Assembly (NCBI GenBank): GCA_937920515.1
Contig: CALEUG010000015.1
Coordinates: 251 to 64,250 of the forward strand
Direction of reading: 5' to 3'
From: an uncultured bacterium
GTDB taxonomy: Bacteria > Acidobacteriota > Aminicenantia > Aminicenantales > Saccharicenantaceae
Length of the DNA: 64,000 nt
Numbering within the stretch: the stretch's first letter is position 1; every line of letters starts with the position of its first letter. Of the stretch, positions 1-8,780 are shown piece after piece. The notes beneath the pieces are model-generated. The model had not been told where the DNA came from, searched no databases, and saw only the letters and a program-made list of their open reading frames with translations. The translations under genes were made by a program, and so were the position numbers.

Positions 1-546
1 ATTCACAAAGAAACTAAGATTATTAACGCCAGCTATATGAGCTATCTGGGAAAAAGTATTGAAGGCAAGGATGTTTATATGAAAGGGTTTGGGATGACAA
101 ACGTCCTGCCCGCAGATTTGAAGATAGATTTATCTAAAGAAACAGGTATCACAGTTAGTGTGACCTTTACAGTATTCATTTTAGCGAGAGATGATATTAT
201 GTGGAAGCAAGAAGACGCAATAATTGGTCATAATAACTATGAAAATGTACTCAGGCATGAGCTAACACATGTTTATGACATTCTTCTAATGGTGTCTTTG
301 GCCCTGAACAAAATTGAGGCCCTGTGGAAGGCAGGAAATATTTCTGAGGAGGATGCCAGAAAATTAGTCTATAAAGCCTTCATAAGGGCATCTAAAGCTT
401 CGAGCAGCCTTAGAGATAACTGGGGAGTAGAATGGTTTAAGTGGCTCTCCAATTGGTTTGAAGAACTGAACCCAGAACATAATTATTCAGCTTTTTGGGA
501 ATGGCTGCTAACACCATATATTTATTTTCTTATGAAATGCAATTAA
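1..546 (+). CDS. Partial CDS, open at the window 5' edge. AT-rich C-terminal domain with an HExxH (HELTH) zinc-metallopeptidase-like motif. It may be the polymorphic-toxin C-terminal domain of an upstream Rhs/YD-repeat protein.
   Basis: The frame is open from nt 1 with no stop before the ATG at 37. The translated HELTHVYD motif is present. The low GC contrasts with the GC-rich Rhs-core fragments downstream. Confidence 0.3.
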   Translation: MHKETKIINASYMSYLGKSIEGKDVYMKGFGMTNVLPADLKIDLSKETGITVSVTFTVFILARDDIMWKQEDAIIGHNNYENVLRHELTHVYDILLMVSLALNKIEALWKAGNISEEDARKLVYKAFIRASKASSSLRDNWGVEWFKWLSNWFEELNPEHNYSAFWEWLLTPYIYFLMKCN

Positions 547-550
547 TCCA

Positions 551-1018
551 ATGACTATAAGAATAAAGAAAAAAACGTTCATATTTATAATAGCGTTAGC
601 GTTAGTTATTGGTGCTTTTGCATATATGGGCATATTGGAAATTCTGGATAAAACTCTTGTCAGGAGAGCAGAGTTATTGAAAGTGGGGATGACAGAGAGT
701 GATGTTGTAAATCTTTTGGGAAAACCCCTGGAGTTTGAGCTTATAGACATAAAAGTGGCAGAAGATAGAGGACTGCCCAAGGCTATTTTGAATCGAATTG
801 AAAAATATAACCAGGAAATAAAATGGTGGGCATATTACGTGCCGGGATACCTAGTCAATCCACCGTTTCTTTTCCATCCAGGGCCTTACAGGACAATTGT
901 TGTTGTCTTTATTGATCATAATGGACATGTGGTTCACTCAAGTATTGGTATAACAATTAGAAGAATAAAGCCTTTTGAATTACTAATGAAAGATCTCGAT
1001 GTAAATCGGAATTATTAA
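551..1018 (+). CDS. Hypothetical membrane-anchored protein. Its position fits an immunity protein for the upstream toxin-like domain.
   Basis: 155-aa ORF starting 5 nt after the preceding stop. It has an N-terminal hydrophobic segment (FIFIIALALVIGAFAYMGIL) and is AT-rich. Confidence 0.3.
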   Translation: MTIRIKKKTFIFIIALALVIGAFAYMGILEILDKTLVRRAELLKVGMTESDVVNLLGKPLEFELIDIKVAEDRGLPKAILNRIEKYNQEIKWWAYYVPGYLVNPPFLFHPGPYRTIVVVFIDHNGHVVHSSIGITIRRIKPFELLMKDLDVNRNY

Positions 1019-1119
1019 TAAAGGGTCTAAAAATAGGAAAAAGTTTGCTTTATAATTTTATCTAGGCTGTTTGAGTTCCAAGAATTTTGGAATAGATATT
1101 GTGGATTGATATGATAGCT

Positions 1120-1245
1120 ATGGGGCATGCCTGCGAGAGTATATCTACATAGGGGCGAAGATGGTGGCTGAGTACCAGCCAACTACGGACAAGTATTACT
1201 ACTACACCACCGACCAGATTAACTCCACCCGGGTGGTAGCTTGTC
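1120..1245 (+). repeat. Rhs/YD-repeat core-end fragment, copy 1 (orphan; truncated shortly after the conserved YYYTTDQINSTRVV motif)
   Basis: Translation in one frame gives YIYIGAKMVAEYQPTTDKYYYYTTDQINSTRVVACQL... followed by a stop. This is the RHS repeat-associated core signature (YD repeats, xYYHxDHLGSxRxx-type motif). It is near-identical to 2193-2330. Confidence 0.6.
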
Positions 1246-1454
1246 AGCTGATGACTGGATACGGGTTATCTTTAGATGGGCACCAGAAACCATCGATTGA
1301 TACTGATTGATGTCAAGAAGATACTGAGTATGGGTTATTTATTTACACGATGGTGTTGGCGAAACCTGCCTTGGGGTAAACATCCGTAGGGCAGGGTGTC
1401 ATTTATTTTCCTTATGGTTGGAATTGTTTTTGTAATTTCTGTATAATAAAAATA

Positions 1455-1667
1455 GTGGGAAATAAAATCTGGGTAAAAAAATACCATTCTTTTAAGGACG
1501 CCGAGACAGAAGAGCCTTATTACTATGCTTCCATGACACCAGAGGAAAGATTATCGATAGTGCAGCTTCTGAGGGAAGAGTACTGGAAATTTAAGGGGCC
1601 CAGGGGAAATGAAAGTAGAAAAAGATTATCTCGAGTTTTTAAGGTTGTTAAACAAGCGCAGGGTTAA
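1455..1667 (+). CDS. Small hypothetical protein (70 aa). Its 3' end overlaps the start of the downstream nucleotidyltransferase gene in another frame.
   Basis: The ORF sits between the two Rhs-fragment copies. It overlaps the next ORF by 59 nt, an arrangement typical of coupled two-gene modules. Confidence 0.3.
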   Translation: MGNKIWVKKYHSFKDAETEEPYYYASMTPEERLSIVQLLREEYWKFKGPRGNESRKRLSRVFKVVKQAQG

Positions 1668-2073
1668 ATACTGCATTATCGGTTCTTATGCGGTAGCTTT
1701 TTATGGTCATCCGAGATATACCAAGGATATCGATATTCTTATCGAAAGAGACCTGGCCAACGCCAGGAGATTATTAAAGGCGCTTGTTGAATTCGGGTTC
1801 GGCTCACTCGATTTGAAAGCAGAGGAATTCACCTCGCCAGAGAGCATAATTCAGCTTGGCTATGAGCCCGTGCGTATTGATATTGTAACTTCTATTAGGG
1901 GCGTCAATTTTAAAAAGATATGGGCGAAGCGGCAAAAAGGACGCTATGGTGACATTAAGGTTAACTTTATAGGCCTTCAAGATCTTAAGAGGTTGAAAAG
2001 AAAATTTGGGCGGGTTATTGATAAGTCTGACCTGGAATTTCTGGAGAAGATAGCCAAGGCAAAAAAAGAATAA
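1609..2073 (+). CDS. Nucleotidyltransferase-fold protein (MNT/AbiEii-like minimal NTase)
   Basis: The motif GSYAVAFYGHPRYTKDIDILI matches the G[SG]x9-13DxD polymerase-beta-type nucleotidyltransferase signature. The protein is 154 aa. Confidence 0.5.
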   Translation: MKVEKDYLEFLRLLNKRRVKYCIIGSYAVAFYGHPRYTKDIDILIERDLANARRLLKALVEFGFGSLDLKAEEFTSPESIIQLGYEPVRIDIVTSIRGVNFKKIWAKRQKGRYGDIKVNFIGLQDLKRLKRKFGRVIDKSDLEFLEKIAKAKKE

Positions 2074-2192
2074 TGAGCTTGGATCGGTAATAGTATCAGA
2101 AGAATCAGGTTTAATTTAAAAAAAGACAGGGGACAATGCCAGGAAGGGATGACATAATATTTTCAGACGCTTCTGGCTGAATAAGATGGATA

Positions 2193-2330
2193 TGGGGAAT
2201 GCCTGCGAGAGTATATCTACATAGGGGCGAAGATGGTGGCTGAGTACCAGCCGGACAGGCTTAAATTACAGACGGGCAATTATTACTACTACACCACCGA
2301 CCAGATTGACTCCACCCGGGTGGTTCTGGA
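2193..2330 (+). repeat. Rhs/YD-repeat core-end fragment, copy 2 (orphan, truncated)
   Basis: Translation gives YIYIGAKMVAEYQPDRLKLQTGNYYYYTTDQIDSTRVVLDITTQ followed by a stop. It is about 90% identical at nucleotide level to 1120-1245. Confidence 0.6.
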
Positions 2331-2509
2331 TATAACAACGCAATAGGCTGGCAGGCGCTTTTTATCGCCATCGGTGGCCCGGAGAGATGTACAGGAAGCG
2401 ACCTATATTTTAAGGCAGAATAAATAGGTCAGGTCAAAATAATCGTGATTGACAAATTGCATAAATAAGCATAGTATGTCGATAAATAGTCGACAAACTA
2501 TGCAGAAAT

Positions 2510-3169
2510 ATGAATACGCTTGAGCTCCGGAGCCGCATTCAGACTGAGATATTTGACTACCAGACTCTAACCAGCGCCCTTGGCAGTCTGTCATCTCCCA
2601 GGGATAAGATTACAGAACTGCTGAGGAGTGGGATAATTATAAGGGTTAAGAAGGGGCTTTACGTATTTGGCGAAAAGTATCGTAAGCATGCCTATTCCAG
2701 GGAACTGCTGGCCAACCTCATATATGGCCCATCCTATCTCTCTCTTGATTATGCCCTGGCCTATTACGGACTCATACCGGAAAAGGTTGAAGTCCTGACC
2801 TCGGTTACCCCCAATCGGTCTCGCCGATTTGCCACGCCGGTTGGGCTTTTCACTTATAGGCAGATTCCGCATGGTGCTTACATAAATGGTCTGACCAGGG
2901 TTGAGGCCGATAATAACCAGGCCTATCTTATTGCCATTCCAGAGAAGGCTCTGGCTGATAAGGTTGCTTCCCTGCGCGGGCTCGTATTCAATTCCACCAG
3001 GGAAGTCGCTCGCTTTCTCGAGGAAGATTTGAGGATTGATCTGGAGGCGCTGCGTTCTTTTTCAGTGGCCAAACTTGAAGAATTTGCCGCCGGGTATCGT
3101 TCCCGCAAGCTGAAATACCTGGCCGCCATGGTAAAAAAACTGGCCGCAAACCGGGAGAGAATAAAATGA
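2510..3169 (+). CDS. abiEi: Type IV toxin-antitoxin / abortive-infection AbiEi-family antitoxin (transcriptional regulator)
   Basis: 219 aa. It lies immediately upstream of an AbiEii-like NTase and overlaps it by 4 nt (ATGA). Size and operon position match AbiEi. Confidence 0.65.
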   Translation: MNTLELRSRIQTEIFDYQTLTSALGSLSSPRDKITELLRSGIIIRVKKGLYVFGEKYRKHAYSRELLANLIYGPSYLSLDYALAYYGLIPEKVEVLTSVTPNRSRRFATPVGLFTYRQIPHGAYINGLTRVEADNNQAYLIAIPEKALADKVASLRGLVFNSTREVARFLEEDLRIDLEALRSFSVAKLEEFAAGYRSRKLKYLAAMVKKLAANRERIK

Positions 3170-4032
3170 ATGAAGCCGTCAGGCAAATGCTGGGGGGGTA
3201 TGAAATTAAATCCCCGGCCGATGCGCTCTGGGCCTTGCGCGAAATAATTCAGCAGGTGGCCCTTCTCGGGCTCTGGAGAAGCAAGTTTTTTGAGAGGGCT
3301 GCGTTTTATGGGGGATCGGCCCTGAGGATAATTTATGGGATAGAACGGTTTTCCGAGGACCTGGATTTCTCCCTCCTTGAGGCGGACCCGGCTTTCTCCC
3401 TGACCTATTATGGCCAGGCCCTGAAGAGGGAGCTGCTTTCATTTGGGTTTTCTGTTGAAGTTGAAAGCAGAACAAAAAAGGAGAAAACAACCGTTCAGTC
3501 GGCTTTCCTTAAAACCGATACCCATGAGCAGATGATCTCTGTGGGAATTAAACCTGAACTTTTTAAGCAGATTCCTCGCAACCAGGTGCTAAAAATAAAG
3601 CTCGAGGTCGAGGTGACCCCGCCACCCGGATTCTCAACTGAGATGCGCTATCTTCTAAAACCGATTCCCTTTTCCGTAAGGACCTTTACCCTGCCGGACA
3701 TGTTCGCGGGCAAGATGCACGCGGTTCTCTGCCGTCAATGGAAAAGCCGGCTCAAGGGCCGGGACTGGTATGACCTGGTCTGGTTTAGCGCTCATCACCC
3801 AGAGTTGAGATTATCGCATTTAGAGCAGAGGATGCGCCAGAGCGGTCACTGGAAGGAACCAGATCCCCTGACAGAGCAGACTTTTCGAGAATTGCTGATT
3901 GGCAGAGTAAAATCGGTGGATGTGGAGCAAATCAAGAGTGAGGTTGAGCCCTTCGTTAGCAATCCGGCTGCCCTGGAAGTCTGGTCATGTGAATTTTTTC
4001 TCGATATCGTAAAGCGTATTAAGGTTATCTGA
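3166..4032 (+). CDS. abiEii: AbiEii/AbiGii-family nucleotidyltransferase toxin (DUF1814)
   Basis: The motif FYGGSALRIIYGIERFSEDLDFSL is the hallmark GGTAL...RxSEDxDF of AbiEii. The protein is 288 aa. Confidence 0.8.
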   Translation: MNEAVRQMLGGYEIKSPADALWALREIIQQVALLGLWRSKFFERAAFYGGSALRIIYGIERFSEDLDFSLLEADPAFSLTYYGQALKRELLSFGFSVEVESRTKKEKTTVQSAFLKTDTHEQMISVGIKPELFKQIPRNQVLKIKLEVEVTPPPGFSTEMRYLLKPIPFSVRTFTLPDMFAGKMHAVLCRQWKSRLKGRDWYDLVWFSAHHPELRLSHLEQRMRQSGHWKEPDPLTEQTFRELLIGRVKSVDVEQIKSEVEPFVSNPAALEVWSCEFFLDIVKRIKVI

Positions 4033-4140
4033 TGGTCTTCAGATAATGACATTGAATTCAGCAAGGAATGAGCCAGGCCTTTGATTGGCTATCAGGACTG
4101 CCTGCCCGGGGAAATAACAAGGAAAGGCCACACTTCAGAA

Positions 4141-5405
4141 TCAGAAAAAGTAATAGGCGGCCAAGAGCAGGCGCAGGTTGGTCACAGTTCGCTCGAAACT
4201 GACCCGCCCCCGGGTGTCGCGCGGGCCATAGGCGGCCGAGGTCAGCTCGATTTCCTGGGCTAAGCGAACCTTGCCGGCATTAAAAATAATACGCGGGGCG
4301 AGGCGGAAAAGATAATCGATGGTATCGCCGCGGCTGTAAACTGAGCCGACGATTTCTTTCCTGGCGCCATAATTCTTACTGTACCCGGCGAATATTCCGG
4401 CCTGCCACTTAATTCCGTTGGTCTGCAGCTCGATCCAGGCCGAGCCGGTGTTGACCGGAGTATATGTCCAGTTAAGGGCCGGAGCGCTCCCGATTTCTGA
4501 CACCGCGTAACCGCCGAGCATCGTCAGGTGATGAAGATTCCCGCCGTAAACCAGCTGGGTTTTTATGGTCAGCGGGGTGGTTTTTAGGCGGGCAAAAGCA
4601 TAACCTGCAACCGAGGTGATGGCCTCACCGGCCTTATAGCCGGTGGCTGTGCTCAGGCGCGGCACTATCTGCAGGGAGTTTATTCCTGCCCCCAGCCAGA
4701 AATTCTTATCGGCCCAGGCGGCCTTGAAATTCAATTCGGGAAAGGCGGCGTTGCGGAAATAGACGGTACTGACGCCATCCGGTCCGGTGGAGGCAAAATC
4801 CCGCTGGGAAAGGGCGGTTAAAGAGAAGGACAGCCGTTTTTCTGTCCAGGTGAAGCGCAACTGGGGAGCCCGGGAGAACGGCTCAAAGGGCGCCCCGGTG
4901 TTGAAGGAGACAACTTCCGGGAAGCTTTCGGTTATGAACATCGGGTGCCAGAACTGGCCGATGAGGATTTCGCTTTTCGTCCAGTTCAGCTTGAGGCAGG
5001 CGTGCCTCAACCTGAAGCCGTTAATGTCAGCGTCGGAGTGGCCGAAGAATTCGGCCTCAACATAACCCGTGGGCTTCGCTCCGAGTGCCCTGGGTCCTGT
5101 AATCTTCAGGGCCAGCCTGGTCTGGATGGACAGGATGTGAAAGGTATCCTGGGCATTAAGGTCATTGCCGTTGGGATCCAGGGCCCGGTCCTTGGGATAA
5201 AGCAGAAAATGACCTTCCCTGATGCTCGTGGTCTGGCGGGTGTCGTAAAAGATATCTGTCTTGATAAACCCGCTGAAATTCAGGGTGATTTTATCTTCGT
5301 CCCGGGTCTGGCCGGGCAGACCGGCGGACAATATCAGGAAAACATATAAACCAAGAATTGCCGCAGCGGCTGACCTGACTTTATTGTTTAATTTCCTTTT
5401 ACCCA
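4141..5405 (-). CDS. Outer-membrane beta-barrel protein (porin-like). The likely true start is MGKRKLNN at 5405.
   Basis: It has a signal peptide (AAAAILGLYVFLILSAGLPGQ) and a C-terminal aromatic end (…AAYYFF), with alternating beta-strand-like composition. The ORF track extends upstream of the probable start. Confidence 0.5.
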
Positions 5406-6009
5406 TAGTGCCTGTATTTATAGCAAAATGCATGGGACAAGTCCATGCCGGTTCAGAATGCCAGGGGAATATTCGGGTTAAAAGATATAAAGATAGGCTC
5501 ATCAGACATTTTTGTGGGTAAAAACAGGATTTCTTAAGGCATCGGGTGAGGTCTTAAGCTAAAACAGACAGCCAAGAACCCGGCTCGTCAATTATACGAT
5601 TAACAAAGCAATAAAGAAGGCCCGGGTTGGATTGCCTCCGAGAAGCGCTCAGTGCCGGCAGCTTTATCTGGACTGTGAGAATAACAATTATCCGGGTTCG
5701 CCCATTAAAATCCCGGAAGCCCCTAAAGATAAAGTACTTGGCAATCAGATTAAAACGCGAGCTATAAAATAAAGAAATTACGAGGGTAGACCCGGTGTTT
5801 ATATTTTCGTTATTAACAACACCCGTGGCTCTCATTCCGCACAGAACTTGCCCGGTCAGCCGGCGCACCTTAAAAGGATGATTTTTTTTGAGGATTGGAA
5901 TGGTAATTTTATCCCGGCTCCGGAATTCGTTTAAGCTTGCATCCCCGCCGTGAAAAGAGGCCGGAAGCGCGTCACAATCTTCTGAGGGTTTTTCTGATAT
6001 TTATTCTGC

Positions 6010-8697
6010 TCAGAGTGCTTTCTGGATTTCCACCAGGGTTGATTGCGGGTCCTGGCGAATTTCAAAATCGCGCTTCTTGAAGACCGCAATCATCCTGGGA
6101 TTATCAGTGGTGGTGTAGGCGATGATTTTTTTCACTCCCCAGGCCCTGGCTATTTCAGTGCAGTAATCGGTCAGTATCCCGCCCAGCCCTTTATTCTGCC
6201 AGTCGTCCTGGACCAGGACCGCATACTCGGCCACCGTCCGCGTCGGGTCGGCCGTCAGGCGGCCGACACCCAGGATTCGGCGCTTGTTCCCGTCCTGGAG
6301 CTCGGCCACGATGGCCATCTCCCGGTCGTAATCGATGTAGCAATAACGGGAGGCCACTTCGTGCGATTGCCAGAAGAAGAAATAGCGGAAGCGCGAATAG
6401 ATTGTTTCCCTGGAGCAGCTGCCGAGAAGCTCAAACCAGAGCGGCTCGTCTTCGGGCCGGATGGGCCGCAGGGTGATTTCGGTGCCGTCGCGCATCCTGG
6501 CCTTCCTGATGAACTCTTCCGGGTAAGGCCGCAGCACCAGGTGCTCGTAGGGCTGTACCTTTTCCGGCGCCACTGCCCGGTCGGCGATTATCCGGGCATC
6601 CAGGGCCACGACCTCTTCCGGGCTGACCAGCAGCGGGTTGATGTCTATCTCTTTGATTTCCGGGTAATCGGCCACCAGGTAAGAAAACCTGATGATGATT
6701 TCGATCAGCCGGTCGATGTTGACCGGAGGTTTCCCGCGATAACCCTTGAGCAGAGGCCAGCTCTTGAGCTGTTCCAGTGCCCTTCTGGCCAGGCGCTCGT
6801 TAAGCGGGGGGAAGCAGATGGACCGGTCCTTGAGCACCTCAGCCGCCGTCCCGCCCAGCCCGACCATGATCACCGCGCCGAAGGTAGGGTCCTTCTTGCT
6901 GCCGATGATCATCTCCAGGGCGTCCCGGGCTTTGACCATCTTCTGGACGACCACGCCCTCAATCCGGGCTTCCGGCCTCCTTTCTTTTACATTTTGCATC
7001 ATCCGGTCGTAGGCTGCTTCCACCATGTGGTCGTCTTCAAGGTCCAGGACGACACCGCCGACGTCTGACTTATGGGTGATATCGGGCGAGTGAATCTTCA
7101 GGACCACCGGGTAACCGATCTCCCGGCTGAGCCTGACCGCTTCTTCCCTGGTTCTGGCCAGGCGGGGCAAAGTGGTGGGAATGCCGTAGGCATCGATAAT
7201 CTTCTTGGAGGTTTCTTCGCTCAGAAATTCAGGCCCGTCGGTCAGCCAGGGTAGAACCTTCTGCCGTATCTTTTCTCTTTCAACTGGAAATTCCACCGAA
7301 ATCTCCCGCGGCGTTTCGTAGAGGTTTTCCAGGTTGCGGGCATAGTTTACCAGGATCATGAAAGCCCGCACCGCCTGCTCGGGCGTTCTGTAGGTCGGGA
7401 TGCCGGCTTCGTTCAGGAGGCGGTTGGCCTCGCTCATGCTGGGTCCACCGAGAAAAGCGGCCAGGACGGGTTTTGTGGATTCGGCGGCTATGGGCAGGAG
7501 TTCCTTGGCGATTCCCGGGGGATTGGTCATGGCCTGGGGAGTTATGATAAGCAGCACGGCATCGACGCCCTCATCCTGCAGGGCGGCCCTGACGGCCTTG
7601 GCCACGGTCTTGCTTTTGGCATCTCCCAGGACGTCGACCGGGTTGCCGTGAGACCAGGCCGGGGGCAGGTTCTGGTTTAAGAATTCAATGGTCTGCGGGC
7701 TGAGCTCGGCCAGCCGGCCGCCGGCTTCAATCAGGGCATCGGAGGCCATGACCCCGGGTCCCCCGGCGTTGGTAACTATGGCCAGCCGCGGGCCCTTCGG
7801 TATCCTGTGACGGCCGATGAGCTCGGCCACGTCAAACATTTCGCCGATTTCAAACACCCTGGCCAGGCCGGCCCGCTGAAAAGCGGCTTCATAGATGGCG
7901 TCTTCTGCGGCCATGGCCCCGGTATGAGATGAAGCGGCTTCGGCCGATTCCGGGAAACGGCCGGCTTTGTAGGCGATTATGGGCTTGGTCCGGGCGTAGG
8001 CTCGGGCTGCCGACATGAAGCGCCTGGGGCTGGAGATGGATTCTATGTACATCAGGATCGACCGGGTGTTTTCGTCCTCGCCAAAGTAATCAATGAGGTC
8101 GCCAAAATCTATGTCCAGGGCGTTGCCGATGGAGACGAAATAGGAAAAGCCGATTTTCTCTTCCAGTGACCAGTCAAGGATAGAGGTGCAGAGGGCCCCC
8201 GACTGGGAGATAAAAGCTATGTGCCCGTTAAGCGGCATGTCAGCCGCAAAGCTGGCGTTGAGGTTGAGCCCGGGCGAGATAACTCCCAGACAGTTGGGTC
8301 CCAGTATGCGCATCCCCGGGAATTTTTTCTTTTCGGCCAGGATCTGTTCTTCCAATGCCCGGCCCTCGGGCCCGGTTTCCCGGAAGCCGGCCGAGATGAT
8401 GATTATGCCCATGATTCCAGCCTGGCCGCACTCAGCCACAATTTTTGGCACCTGAGGGGCGGGAGTGCAGATTACCGCCAGGTCCGGGGTGCGGGGCAGG
8501 CTGGCCACGCCGGTAAAACAGGGGATGCCCATGACGGCTTCCACCGCGGGGTTCACCGGGTAGACCACGCCACGGTAGCCGCCGGTAATAAGGTTGGACA
8601 GGATCTTGCCGCCGACGCTTTTGGGGTTAGGGGTAACGCCAACCAGTGCGATTCGCTGCGGTTTGAATATCTTATCCAGGGTTTCCAGTTCTTCCAT
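6010..8697 (-). CDS. pat: Pat/YfiQ-type protein lysine acetyltransferase: an ADP-forming acyl-CoA-synthetase-like N-terminal region fused to a C-terminal GNAT domain
   Basis: 895 aa. It carries the N-terminal CoA-binding motif (RIALVGVTPNPKSVGGKIL…PVNP), a succinyl-CoA-synthetase-like/ATP-grasp middle region and a C-terminal GNAT (…AVLVQDDWQNKGLGG…). Confidence 0.75.
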   Translation of the reverse strand: MEELETLDKIFKPQRIALVGVTPNPKSVGGKILSNLITGGYRGVVYPVNPAVEAVMGIPCFTGVASLPRTPDLAVICTPAPQVPKIVAECGQAGIMGIIIISAGFRETGPEGRALEEQILAEKKKFPGMRILGPNCLGVISPGLNLNASFAADMPLNGHIAFISQSGALCTSILDWSLEEKIGFSYFVSIGNALDIDFGDLIDYFGEDENTRSILMYIESISSPRRFMSAARAYARTKPIIAYKAGRFPESAEAASSHTGAMAAEDAIYEAAFQRAGLARVFEIGEMFDVAELIGRHRIPKGPRLAIVTNAGGPGVMASDALIEAGGRLAELSPQTIEFLNQNLPPAWSHGNPVDVLGDAKSKTVAKAVRAALQDEGVDAVLLIITPQAMTNPPGIAKELLPIAAESTKPVLAAFLGGPSMSEANRLLNEAGIPTYRTPEQAVRAFMILVNYARNLENLYETPREISVEFPVEREKIRQKVLPWLTDGPEFLSEETSKKIIDAYGIPTTLPRLARTREEAVRLSREIGYPVVLKIHSPDITHKSDVGGVVLDLEDDHMVEAAYDRMMQNVKERRPEARIEGVVVQKMVKARDALEMIIGSKKDPTFGAVIMVGLGGTAAEVLKDRSICFPPLNERLARRALEQLKSWPLLKGYRGKPPVNIDRLIEIIIRFSYLVADYPEIKEIDINPLLVSPEEVVALDARIIADRAVAPEKVQPYEHLVLRPYPEEFIRKARMRDGTEITLRPIRPEDEPLWFELLGSCSRETIYSRFRYFFFWQSHEVASRYCYIDYDREMAIVAELQDGNKRRILGVGRLTADPTRTVAEYAVLVQDDWQNKGLGGILTDYCTEIARAWGVKKIIAYTTTDNPRMIAVFKKRDFEIRQDPQSTLVEIQKAL

Positions 8698-8780
8698 CTC
8701 GGGGCTCCGGAATTATTCGCTTTGCTTTAAGATTAAAATTCCCTTTGGGGCTGCTCCGGGCAGGAGACCGTAAAGGGCAA

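Noticed and set aside
6043-7068. 341-aa plus-strand ORF inside the pat gene (also 7072-7254, 7400-7651, 8186-8730)
   Set aside because: These are antisense to a confidently identified 895-aa acetyltransferase. Their composition is typical of GC-rich shadow frames.
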